Positions 46,781-54,735 of a stretch of DNA of 64,000 nucleotides are shown here, in pieces. The stretch is taken from positions 9,614 to 73,613 of IMG/VR virus record IMGVR_UViG_3300020036_003099, one strand, 5' to 3'. The notes beneath the pieces were generated by a model, which saw only the letters and a list, made by a program, of their open reading frames with translations, did no database searches and was not told the origin of the DNA. The stretch comes from a virus. Its lineage: Duplodnaviria > Caudoviricetes. The first letter of the stretch is position 1. Every line of letters starts with the position of its first letter. Both the position numbers and the translations under genes were made by a program.

Positions 46781-46810
46781 TTGACAAACCCTCTGAGAAT
46801 CCTGTAGGGT
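46781..46810 (+). promoter_or_regulatory. Promoter for the tRNA cluster
   Basis: TTGACA-N18-TAGGGT with extended TG. Confidence 0.5.
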
Positions 46811-46899
46811 ACTCTTAGAAGCAAACGATAACTCTTTTACTGAAGTTCGCCTTGCGGCCTAATTCAGTTACCTAATCTTCCTCACACGAAGTATCTACC

Positions 46900-46936
46900 G
46901 AGAAAGCCCTCTTAATCCCCACTAGAGGGCTTTCTC
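46900..46936 (+). other. Perfect 13-bp hairpin in the tRNA-cluster leader
   Basis: GAGAAAGCCCTCT/AGAGGGCTTTCTC, ending 15 nt before tRNA-Met. Confidence 0.6.
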
Positions 46937-46951
46937 ACCCCTTTCATACAT

Positions 46952-47031
46952 AGCAGGGTAGCTTAGTCCGGTCTAAAGCACAGCGTTCATACCGCTGATA
47001 ACGTGGGTTCAAATCCCACCCGCTGCAACCA
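46952..47031 (+). tRNA. tRNA-Met(CAT) (atypical acceptor stem)
   Basis: Anticodon arm CAGCG-TTCATAC-CGCTG, T arm GTGGG-TTCAAAT-CCCAC, encoded CCA. Confidence 0.85.
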
Positions 47032-47046
47032 ATCAATACATGTATA

Positions 47047-47122
47047 GACCAGGTGGCAGAATGACGATGCGCTAGATTGCAGATCTGGTTTAACGCGGGT
47101 TTGATTCCCGTCCTGGTCTCCA
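47047..47122 (+). tRNA. tRNA-Cys(GCA)
   Basis: GACCAGG/CCTGGTC acceptor stem, U73, CCA, loop TTGCAGA. Confidence 0.88.
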
Positions 47123-47152
47123 TGTATACAAAGTAAAAACAAATAAACATAG

Positions 47153-47503
47153 GTGCAACATCTTACCCCGCGCCAAAGAAGGCGCTATCTAAAGAAACAA
47201 AACTACCGCTCATTCCTTGACTCATTAGTTTGTCAGATCTGCGGTCACGATAAACCCCATCACATAGAGCTTCATCACTTAGATCCAACTTCTAAGGAAG
47301 CCAACGTATCCAGACGAATTAACCAGTGCCAATCAGATGTCGCTATCATAACTGAGATTGAAAAGTGCGCTGCTTTGTGTTCTTATTGCCACAAGGATGT
47401 TCATAAGGGATTGCACAGCGATAAAATATTAGAACCGTTAAACTATATCGGTGTAGCACAGGGACAGTGCGCGGGTCTCCAAAACCTTGAGACGTTGGTT
47501 TGA
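47153..47503 (+). CDS. HNH homing-type endonuclease inside the tRNA cluster
   Basis: CQICG...ELHHLDP...EIEKCAALCSYCHKDVH. Confidence 0.85.
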   Translation: MQHLTPRQRRRYLKKQNYRSFLDSLVCQICGHDKPHHIELHHLDPTSKEANVSRRINQCQSDVAIITEIEKCAALCSYCHKDVHKGLHSDKILEPLNYIGVAQGQCAGLQNLETLV

Positions 47504-47521
47504 ATCCAGCCGCCGGTGCCA
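47447..47521 (+). tRNA. tRNA-Trp(CCA)
   Basis: ATCGGTG/CGCCGGT acceptor stem, loop CTCCAAA, G73, CCA. Confidence 0.85.
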
Positions 47522-47526
47522 ATTAT

Positions 47527-47603
47527 TCTCACTAGCCGAACAAGGCGGACGGAGCTGACTGTTAATCAGCGTATGCAAGGTTCGATTCCTTGAGTGAGAA
47601 CCA
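47527..47603 (+). tRNA. tRNA-Asn(GTT)
   Basis: TCTCACT/AGTGAGA acceptor stem, GCTGA-CTGTTAA-TCAGC, T arm CAAGG-TTCGATT-CCTTG, CCA. Confidence 0.88.
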
Positions 47604-47608
47604 ACTAC

Positions 47609-47682
47609 GACTACATCGTTCAGTGACAGGACCTGGGATTGTCTATCCTAAGACCGGAGTTTGATTCTCCGTGTAGTCGCCA
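47609..47682 (+). tRNA. tRNA-Asp(GTC)
   Basis: GACTACA/TGTAGTC acceptor stem, loop TTGTCTA, G73, CCA. Confidence 0.88.
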
Positions 47683-47864
47683 ATTAATTAGGGAACCCCT
47701 TAGGACCTTCTTAAGTTAGTCCTAACGAGTCCTCTAAACTCACACACACCCTTCGACTCGAAACTTAAACCCCCGTAGGTTCCTCAACGCCCACAATGCC
47801 TAAGCATTCTGAGCAAAAGGTTGCCTACGGGGATTTTTTTAGGTAAGCTTAAGGGGTACGCAGA

Positions 47865-48635
47865 GTGCTTCATCTCTTGGCAAAACAAAAGAACAAACCT
47901 TCCCGCAAAGCCGTTACCGGCAAAACTCTCAACCAAGCCCAACTCATTGCTTGTATTAACAAATACCCTACTACTGTCGTAACTGGACCAGCTGGCTCAG
48001 GTAAAACCTTTATCACCGCTTCAAGGGCTGCAGAAATGCTCCTGGAAGGTAAGGTGACTAAGATTGTAGTGACACGACCCACAGTCCCCACAGGGCGCTC
48101 CTTAGGGTACTTCCCTGGGTCACTTGAGGAAAAGATGGCCCCTTGGACAATCCCCATCATGGAGGTCTTACAAAGCGTCCTAGGCGGTGCTTTTGAATGT
48201 CAGTTAAAACTAGGAAACATCGAGGTGGTCCCCTTTGAGACCATCAGGGGTCGATCCTTTAAGGATACCTTCGTTATTCTAGATGAAGGTCAAAACGCTA
48301 CGTACGACGAGCTGAAGGCCCTTCTTACACGGTCTGGCGAGAACTGCACCACGGTGATCAACGGGGACATCTCACAGAGTGACCTAAGGGGGACCAATGG
48401 ACTCTACGAAGTCAGTCGTATAATCGCCAAGCAGCCGTGTTTAGCCGAGATGTGCGCGACTGTACAATTCACCAAAGATGACATTGTGAGATCGAAGATC
48501 TGTCGTTTGTTTGTGGAAGCGTTTGAGGACTACGAGAAAGAGTTGGATGAGTTACAGAATATATTCGATAACCAAGAATCCTTACCGGCGTTCCTCGTAG
48601 ATGCGCAGTTAAACACCGGCGTTAAAATTAAGTAG
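47865..48635 (+). CDS. phoH: PhoH-family ATPase
   Basis: GPAGSGKT, VTRP, GYFPGSLEEKMAPW, IRGRSF, ILDEGQN, GDISQSD. Confidence 0.93.
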   Translation: MLHLLAKQKNKPSRKAVTGKTLNQAQLIACINKYPTTVVTGPAGSGKTFITASRAAEMLLEGKVTKIVVTRPTVPTGRSLGYFPGSLEEKMAPWTIPIMEVLQSVLGGAFECQLKLGNIEVVPFETIRGRSFKDTFVILDEGQNATYDELKALLTRSGENCTTVINGDISQSDLRGTNGLYEVSRIIAKQPCLAEMCATVQFTKDDIVRSKICRLFVEAFEDYEKELDELQNIFDNQESLPAFLVDAQLNTGVKIK

Positions 48636-48809
48636 GTAAAACAATGAAGTCTATCGTAAAAACCCCAGCCACCATAAGGGAAGTCCGCTATGTGCTTAAA
48701 CCAGCTTTTGACCGGTTCGCGTTTCAAAAGGGGAAAGCGGGAGCAAACAGTCTTTGTAAGGCTTGGTCTACCGCCGTTTCCAAAAACAAAAGAGCTCAGC
48801 AAGAGACAC

Positions 48810-49049
48810 CTACCTTACGAAATCATTACTGTCCTTAACTTGACGTAAAGTCTTATCGGTTAATATATCACACCCCTCGAAATTCTCAAGGGGCTTCTTG
48901 GCGTTTCCGTTAGCTTTTGCTACAGCCCAGGTGAATGTACAAGGGGAAACAAGGATACGCTTAGGGCTCCTTGCGGGCATCGTCACGGAGCAACTCGCTA
49001 AGAATATCATCAGTAGACTTGGCAAGATTATCTTTTTCAATTTGTTCAA
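48810..49049 (-). CDS. Outer spanin-like lipoprotein (Rz1-like)
   Basis: Lipobox FLASC; overlaps the 3' end of the upstream membrane-protein gene. Confidence 0.6.
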   Translation of the reverse strand: MNKLKKIILPSLLMIFLASCSVTMPARSPKRILVSPCTFTWAVAKANGNAKKPLENFEGCDILTDKTLRQVKDSNDFVR

Positions 49050-49182
49050 AATCTTTAGCGTCCTTTAACGCCTTATCTTTTAGGTCGTTAACAACTTTGT
49101 TTTTACCAGCAAAATAAGCCATCAGGGGTACTGACAGCTTATCGAGTAGAATCTTTAACACTTCTAAAAGGAAGCTTAGCAA
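48961..49182 (-). CDS. Inner spanin-like protein (Rz-like)
   Basis: N-terminal hydrophobic segment plus coiled coil, downstream of the endolysin. Confidence 0.55.
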   Translation of the reverse strand: MLSFLLEVLKILLDKLSVPLMAYFAGKNKVVNDLKDKALKDAKDFEQIEKDNLAKSTDDILSELLRDDARKEP

Positions 49183-49187
49183 AGGAG

Positions 49188-49364
49188 CTATGCTTTCGGT
49201 TTAGTGTCGGCTATCGCCTGGAGAATGGCCTCAAGAACTTTATCGTCTATTTTATTTTCTGTTTTAGCTACCAGATCTTTGATTTTACCCAAAGCCAGTG
49301 TTACGACAGAGCCCAAAGCTGCAGCGATGGCCGCAACGATTTCTACGGAGAGATTATCCAGCAT
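49188..49364 (-). CDS. Small membrane protein, holin candidate (58 aa, not in ORF track)
   Basis: MLDNLSVEIVAAIAAALGSVVTLALGKIKDLVAKTENKIDDKVLEAILQAIADTKPKA; start overlaps the endolysin stop. Confidence 0.55.
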   Translation of the reverse strand: MLDNLSVEIVAAIAAALGSVVTLALGKIKDLVAKTENKIDDKVLEAILQAIADTKPKA

Positions 49365-50121
49365 TTATATTGTTTTCCTTTTCTATCGAGGTTAGACGAT
49401 TCATCCAACCTTTGAGGGAACCCCCGTGGGTCTTAGGGTCTTTCTTAGCGAGATCCTTAAGGAATTCCTTTCTTTCGTTTAAGTAGGCTTTCTTCAACTC
49501 TGAAGAACCAAACTTTTTAATGTACAAATTAACTTTACCTAAAGTCTCGGGTCCGAGGGAACCATCTACGGGGGCTCCAACGATTTTCTGCAAACCCTTT
49601 ACGGCTTTCACAGGGCCTGAGTTCACACTGTAGTCAAAAGCCAAATGTTGGATATCTTCTGGGAGAGCGTTCAAACCAGGCTTTTCGTAGTATTTGACTT
49701 TATACAGCTTCTTAGCGTCTTCAGGCGTGAGATCCTTAAGGGTTTCCTCAGTATAACCCAGTTGGCGCAACTCTTTTTTGTTGTCTCGCCAAGTCACACC
49801 ACGCATAGTGGGGCCACCTTGATCTACAGTAAAGCCACCTTCCAAACCTAAAGTTTTGTCTGCAAAATCATCGAAAGTCAAAGACGTAGGGTTTCCCAGA
49901 TACTTGTTTAAAATAGAACGGTAATCAATAGAGCCTGTGTCGGAATCCTGAAGGGTTTGAGAGGGGGCCTTAGGGGTTTCTGTTTGAGCTTTGTCGAAAT
50001 AAGCTTTAAAAATATCCTGAAGCACAGGGTCGTCTATTTTATTCGTCATTATCTGTTTCTTCCAAGTCGAAAGTAAGCTCCAGAATTTCTTCAACACCGG
50101 CATTATCATTGGCTTGTTCAA
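49354..50121 (-). CDS. Endolysin, glycoside hydrolase family 108 with PG-binding domain
   Basis: LEGGF...GGPTMRGVT, YKVKYY, FDYSVNSGP, LQKIVG..DGSLGPET, GWMNR. Confidence 0.88.
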   Translation of the reverse strand: MNKPMIMPVLKKFWSLLSTWKKQIMTNKIDDPVLQDIFKAYFDKAQTETPKAPSQTLQDSDTGSIDYRSILNKYLGNPTSLTFDDFADKTLGLEGGFTVDQGGPTMRGVTWRDNKKELRQLGYTEETLKDLTPEDAKKLYKVKYYEKPGLNALPEDIQHLAFDYSVNSGPVKAVKGLQKIVGAPVDGSLGPETLGKVNLYIKKFGSSELKKAYLNERKEFLKDLAKKDPKTHGGSLKGWMNRLTSIEKENNINAG

Positions 50122-50242
50122 CTACTAAACGGATCTCAAAACTGTCGTCTTGAATGAAAGCAGAGACCAGGTGTTGGATGTAAAGGTCGAAGTCAACAAC
50201 GTTTGTATCTAGATAATAAGAGGGGTACTTTTTAATGAACAC
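50039..50242 (-). CDS. Hypothetical protein
   Basis: 67 aa, acidic. Confidence 0.45.
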   Translation of the reverse strand: MFIKKYPSYYLDTNVVDFDLYIQHLVSAFIQDDSFEIRLVVEQANDNAGVEEILELTFDLEETDNDE

Positions 50243-50272
50243 TTTAGAGCCTCCTAGGATACGTTGTAGAGG

Positions 50273-50431
50273 TTACTTACAGACTTTACCGCCCTTCCTG
50301 TAACCACCGTTAGTGGGTACCTTAGCGCCTTTAGGGACTTTCTTTTTAGAGGCTTCCCCATCTTTAATCATCTTGTCTGAAGGGATGTTAACGGGTTTTT
50401 CTTTAGGCTTCTCAGGGGTTTTCTTAGCCAT
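50273..50431 (-). CDS. Small Lys-rich protein (52 aa, not in ORF track)
   Basis: MAKKTPEKPKEKP...GGYRKGGKVCK. Confidence 0.55.
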   Translation of the reverse strand: MAKKTPEKPKEKPVNIPSDKMIKDGEASKKKVPKGAKVPTNGGYRKGGKVCK

Positions 50432-50435
50432 GTAT

Positions 50436-50639
50436 CTATTTCTTCTTTTTATTAAAGGCTGCTACGCCTTTCTTATCTGCGGCCATATCTTTCTTAGAGC
50501 CTTCTTTCCCGTGGGCACCCTTGGCGTCTGCCTTAGCGTCCTTAGGGGAGTTTTCCCATTTGTTTAAAGTCATTTTTTTCTTTTTAGCCATTGAGGGTGT
50601 ACCTACTTGTTTACCTATGGAAGACCTAGAGATTGTCAT
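50436..50639 (-). CDS. Small Lys-rich protein
   Basis: MTISRSSIGKQV...KKKK. Confidence 0.6.
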   Translation of the reverse strand: MTISRSSIGKQVGTPSMAKKKKMTLNKWENSPKDAKADAKGAHGKEGSKKDMAADKKGVAAFNKKKK

Positions 50640-50893
50640 TAGATGGTCTTGCCTGATTTGTTTCGTTTGCCTCTGTTGGCTTTTTTAGTTTCCATTTTGA
50701 GGTTTGATTTTGAGTTATTTCTAGGATTAGAATCCTGGTGTCCGACATCTTTACCGTCACCCTTGTGGGCTTTACCGGCTTTGACCATTTCGGCACGAGC
50801 CTTGTTCCTAGCCGCTCGGTTTTTAATTTGCTCAGGCTTACCTTGGTACTCTTTATAGTGCTTTTTCAGCTGTTCTTTAGTTCTATTAGGCAT
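50639..50893 (-). CDS. Small HNH-like protein
   Basis: KGDGKDVGH...NNSKSNL...NR. Confidence 0.65.
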   Translation of the reverse strand: MPNRTKEQLKKHYKEYQGKPEQIKNRAARNKARAEMVKAGKAHKGDGKDVGHQDSNPRNNSKSNLKMETKKANRGKRNKSGKTI

Positions 50894-50901
50894 CTTGACG
50901 A

Positions 50902-51945
50902 CTATTCTACAGGGTCAGGATCTACTGAAGGAAGGGTTACAGATCTCTTTTGGACCTCCCCTAGGGTTTCCTTTTTGGGCACTTTGGTTTTGAAAAAGCT
51001 GGTAAAACTAAAGTCCCTTTGGGGTCTTGTCATGTTGGAAAACAAATGTCCTACTAATCCATCATCGTACACCTGGTACTTGATATCAAAATGTGGGGAA
51101 GAGAAAAGATTTTCAAAATCCTGGGCTTGAGCCATAAGCTCCCCTGTGGTGTAGAACTTTTTAAAAGCGGCAATTTTGATAACAGTGTTTTCAGGCATAG
51201 CCTCAGAAGTTTCTTGGACTTTGTCTTCCAGGAAAGCCTTGTCAGCCTCCGATAACTGCGTTAAAGGAAGCTCTACGGGAATGTACTTCTTTCTGTCTTT
51301 TTTGTCTCTCTCCAGCAACTGTGCTGGTGTAGGGTTATGGATACAGGAGTCAAAACCCACCAAGGTGATGTCGCGTATGCCCAAGGCGTGAGCTATGGCT
51401 ACACAGCGAGTCCCACTGGAAGTTCCCCCTGAGATAATAGGTTCTTTAATCATGTGTGCGAATTCTTTTATGGCTTCCACTTCAGTGTGCCAGCCCATAA
51501 CCCTAGCACCGTTATCCATCAAGTATTTCGCGTAGCCTGGGTTAGCCATTGAGGCAACCAGGAAGATGGTTTTAGGGGGAATGGTTTCAAACAAAGAAGC
51601 GCGGTTAACCCCGTGGGTGCTTTCACCGTTAAAGTCACGACCATCCAGAATGACACAGAAATCTGGCTCGATACCCATAGCTACCAACCTAGGCAGTGAG
51701 TGCTTGACGCAAAAAAGAATGAAAGGACGACTGGGGTTGGCCATTCGCTCCTTTAGATTCAACTCTGTTGCGTACTTCTCTAAAGAAGGACCTGCAGAAC
51801 AGATGATGGCTTCGTAGCCGTTAGGGTAAAACATACGATCAAACCAGGTGGGAATAGTTTGCAGGTTCTCTTTAATGTTGTTCACGGTGTCTTCTTTGGA
51901 GACAGCTAAAACAGCGTTGACTTTAACAGGTAGAAAATTAGTCAT
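50902..51945 (-). CDS. DUF115/Maf (MptE-like) protein, putative sugar transferase
   Basis: IICSAGPSL, EPDFCVILD, SGGTSSG, ITLVGFDSC. Confidence 0.75.
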   Translation of the reverse strand: MTNFLPVKVNAVLAVSKEDTVNNIKENLQTIPTWFDRMFYPNGYEAIICSAGPSLEKYATELNLKERMANPSRPFILFCVKHSLPRLVAMGIEPDFCVILDGRDFNGESTHGVNRASLFETIPPKTIFLVASMANPGYAKYLMDNGARVMGWHTEVEAIKEFAHMIKEPIISGGTSSGTRCVAIAHALGIRDITLVGFDSCIHNPTPAQLLERDKKDRKKYIPVELPLTQLSEADKAFLEDKVQETSEAMPENTVIKIAAFKKFYTTGELMAQAQDFENLFSSPHFDIKYQVYDDGLVGHLFSNMTRPQRDFSFTSFFKTKVPKKETLGEVQKRSVTLPSVDPDPVE

Positions 51946-52561
51946 GTGGGTTAATTACCGATGTGTCGTATCTGGTATCGGGTTTAATGGCCTCGATACG
52001 GAAGTCCCTAGAGGGACCCATGTGGGTTACCGGTGCAGCTTCTCGTATACGTGTAAAGCCACAACGTTCTAGAACAGGTGCCAAGGTTTGGAAAGTCCAA
52101 CCCCAGCGGTGAATCATGTAAGGTCTATTTTCAAATTGCTCACCGTAGAGACCCATGAGACCCAAACGGTCAATCATCTTTAAGTCCCTGGAAGTGTGAA
52201 GTTGTAGAATGTTAATAGCGCATTTAACAACATCTGGCATTTCAAAGGCCACCGAACCTCCTGGCTTTAAGATCCTAAGCCACTCTTTAAGGGTTTTGTC
52301 TAAATCATAAACCGGTATGTGCTCTATGACATGCGAGGAAAATATGTGATCAGCGTAGTCGTCAGGTAAGTCAATAGCTCTTAAATCCGACTCTAGAAAA
52401 TAAGGGTATTTGTGGGCTTGTTTATTAGGGATATCTTCAACGGTGCGTGGGTCAACAAGTTTAAGGTTAACCTCAGGGGCTACAATGTCTACGTTGATCC
52501 ATTGCTGCATGATGTCGGAACCTTTAATTTTGTTTCCACAGCCGAGGTTTAGGTTAAGCAT
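51938..52561 (-). CDS. Class I SAM-dependent methyltransferase
   Basis: LNLGCG, INVD, SSHVIEHI, RILKPGG. Confidence 0.88.
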   Translation of the reverse strand: MLNLNLGCGNKIKGSDIMQQWINVDIVAPEVNLKLVDPRTVEDIPNKQAHKYPYFLESDLRAIDLPDDYADHIFSSHVIEHIPVYDLDKTLKEWLRILKPGGSVAFEMPDVVKCAINILQLHTSRDLKMIDRLGLMGLYGEQFENRPYMIHRWGWTFQTLAPVLERCGFTRIREAAPVTHMGPSRDFRIEAIKPDTRYDTSVINPHD

Positions 52562-53468
52562 AATCTTTAATTTTTCCTAGTTGTTTAAATACGTCGAGCC
52601 ATTTGTCGAGAATAATTTGGTCAGAGTGATGTCTGTCTATGTATGAGTAAGATAAGTTTGTGCAAGACACGTCAGCCAACGAGGTCACTGTATAGTCAAG
52701 GCAATCTTTAAAGTCTTTTCCTATGACGCCTACAGTGTTTACGAACAAGTGTAAGTGTCCATAGATATCAGTGTTGTCTACAATAACCTTGCAACCAGCA
52801 TTCAACGCGTCCAAGGCTCTGTTGGGTGATTTACACTTGGATTTTTCGTCTAGCTTGGTGGGAATAAGCACGATGTTAAAGTCAGCTATCATGGATTCAA
52901 CTACACCTACACCCCACTTTACATAGTCGATGTTCGGATGGTTTAGTTGTGCATCACAAACAGCCGTAATACGGTAAGGGCACTCATTGGCCCATTTCAA
53001 TAAAGGTAAAGCGTTCGATTGGTGCCCGAACCAAAGGATTTTAGGCTCACTGTAATCTTTGTTCTCAGGTTTAATCCTGGGGAAAGTCACAGGGTCAGGG
53101 ATGATGACTGCTAGTTTTCCCGTTTGTTCGTAAATCCTTGTTTGCATGTTTTCAGTGTTACAAACAATAACATCAACCCTTTCACACATATCCCGGTAAT
53201 AATCCCCTTCCGGTCTATCGAAGTAATCGTCACAAATATCAAAAACAGTGGAATAGCCAAAATCTTCGGCAGAAGCAACAGAAAGAAAATTACCACTGCG
53301 GTCAAAGTGCTTAGAAAAGATGTTAACGTCACTGTCTGGATTTGCCTTTCTATCGGTTGTTGCCGCGATGTTATCAGTGTATTTGTTTAAAAGCTCTACT
53401 GGTTTCAAGCAGCGGTATCTATGAGACGCTAAATGGGAGCCCGCTTGGGAGACAAAAGTGACTTTCAT
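52554..53468 (-). CDS. Glycosyltransferase (GT-B-like, putative)
   Basis: ASHRYRC, FDICDD, IPDP, ILWFGH, KSPNRALDAL. Confidence 0.65.
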   Translation of the reverse strand: MKVTFVSQAGSHLASHRYRCLKPVELLNKYTDNIAATTDRKANPDSDVNIFSKHFDRSGNFLSVASAEDFGYSTVFDICDDYFDRPEGDYYRDMCERVDVIVCNTENMQTRIYEQTGKLAVIIPDPVTFPRIKPENKDYSEPKILWFGHQSNALPLLKWANECPYRITAVCDAQLNHPNIDYVKWGVGVVESMIADFNIVLIPTKLDEKSKCKSPNRALDALNAGCKVIVDNTDIYGHLHLFVNTVGVIGKDFKDCLDYTVTSLADVSCTNLSYSYIDRHHSDQIILDKWLDVFKQLGKIKDYA

Positions 53469-54277
53469 TAAAACTCGCTGTCTATCAGTTTACAGGCGTC
53501 AAAGCGAATGTTGTAAACAACGGAGCGTAGGAAATCTTCGTATTCGCTTAACCACATTTCTGCGTGTAGGCAATCCCGCATGTGGGGGAACCAGGGACCT
53601 CCGTTTGTGTAGTGCAAAGCTTTAATCCTTTCTTTAGCCAGGTGATTCTCAGAGTGACCCGCCACAAAGTGCCAATCCTCAGGCAACCCTTCAACTTCTG
53701 TGGGTTTTAACCAAGAAAACTGATGGAGGTTTCGCCCAGTTTCAAAACGGACCAAATCAACAAAATCTACACTCTTATTCGAATCAGAAGTCATTTCTAA
53801 AACAAACATAGCTGACCAAAGCTTCTTGTTGTATTGCTCCTGTTTCATACCATCCATTTTAATGGTGTTCTCGGGTTTGTAATCGTGTTTTACGCACCAA
53901 AGAGCGGAGGTGGAAGTTCTGTGCTGTTCAATATACTCGAACATCTTCCCTATGTCGGTAGTCCAAATAAAGTCACAGTCAACAAACATTACCAAGTCGC
54001 TCTTTGTAGGATCTTCTAGACGTTTCCAAAGCTCGCCGATTAAGAACCTGGTGTGGGAGAATTGCGTAGAGAAAGGTCTACCGTCTACCAGATCAACGTA
54101 CTGACCGTTGGCTTCTATTTTCCACTCTCGCGTAAACAAGCCTTGTGAACGAAGATCCCTGTGACAAAGCTTGTGGACTTTAATAGGAACTTTAGCGTAT
54201 TTCTGAAGGGTAAATTTGGCGACTTGGTAAGCGGTAGGTTCGCGCTCATCAAATCCTACGTATATGTGATAAGTCAT
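53468..54277 (-). CDS. Glycosyltransferase (GT8-like, GT-A fold)
   Basis: IYVGFDERE, STQFSHTRF, DxD motif FVDCDF, KHDY, KLWSA, LHYTNGGPW. Confidence 0.8.
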   Translation of the reverse strand: MTYHIYVGFDEREPTAYQVAKFTLQKYAKVPIKVHKLCHRDLRSQGLFTREWKIEANGQYVDLVDGRPFSTQFSHTRFLIGELWKRLEDPTKSDLVMFVDCDFIWTTDIGKMFEYIEQHRTSTSALWCVKHDYKPENTIKMDGMKQEQYNKKLWSAMFVLEMTSDSNKSVDFVDLVRFETGRNLHQFSWLKPTEVEGLPEDWHFVAGHSENHLAKERIKALHYTNGGPWFPHMRDCLHAEMWLSEYEDFLRSVVYNIRFDACKLIDSEF

Positions 54278-54345
54278 TTTAGATTGAGGTTTACAGACAG
54301 CGGGGAGCTATCGAGAGTCGTAAACCAAAGTATGCGGGGTAGGCG

Positions 54346-54534
54346 CTAAGAAGTCAAGGAATTCTTGGTTAAAATCTTCTGTTTAAAGTAGGAAGGTGGG
54401 GTGGCTTCTATTTTCTTTAAAGCTTCAGCACAAGTGTCCAGGCTTTCTTTTAAAACCCTTTCAAACTCCTTTTCCATCCCTTTAAAATCCTCTTGTTCGT
54501 AAAGATTATTCTTCGTCAGCATCGAGTTTCTCAA
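54346..54534 (-). CDS. Hypothetical protein
   Basis: 62 aa. Confidence 0.45.
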   Translation of the reverse strand: MRNSMLTKNNLYEQEDFKGMEKEFERVLKESLDTCAEALKKIEATPPSYFKQKILTKNSLTS

Positions 54535-54730
54535 TCAAACGGGTCATCACACGTGTGTTGTTCTCGACTGTTAAAAGAAACTTGTTACTTAAAGCTTCCA
54601 GTTTGTCTAAAAGGACTTCCTGTTTGGCCCAGAGGGTTTGGACAGTTTTAACTAAAACAACGATGACCAGAATAAGGAACCCTACAAAAGCCCCGTATTC
54701 ACTAATTATTTTATCTATATATTGATCCAA
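54506..54730 (-). CDS. Membrane protein (holin/hemolysin XhlA-like candidate)
   Basis: One TM segment (YGAFVGFLILVIVVLV) plus coiled coil. Confidence 0.55.
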   Translation of the reverse strand: MDQYIDKIISEYGAFVGFLILVIVVLVKTVQTLWAKQEVLLDKLEALSNKFLLTVENNTRVMTRLIEKLDADEE

Positions 54731-54735
54731 GTCGC

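Noticed and set aside
46944-47150. 68-aa minus-strand ORF
   Set aside because: It is antisense to tRNA-Met and tRNA-Cys; a shadow ORF.
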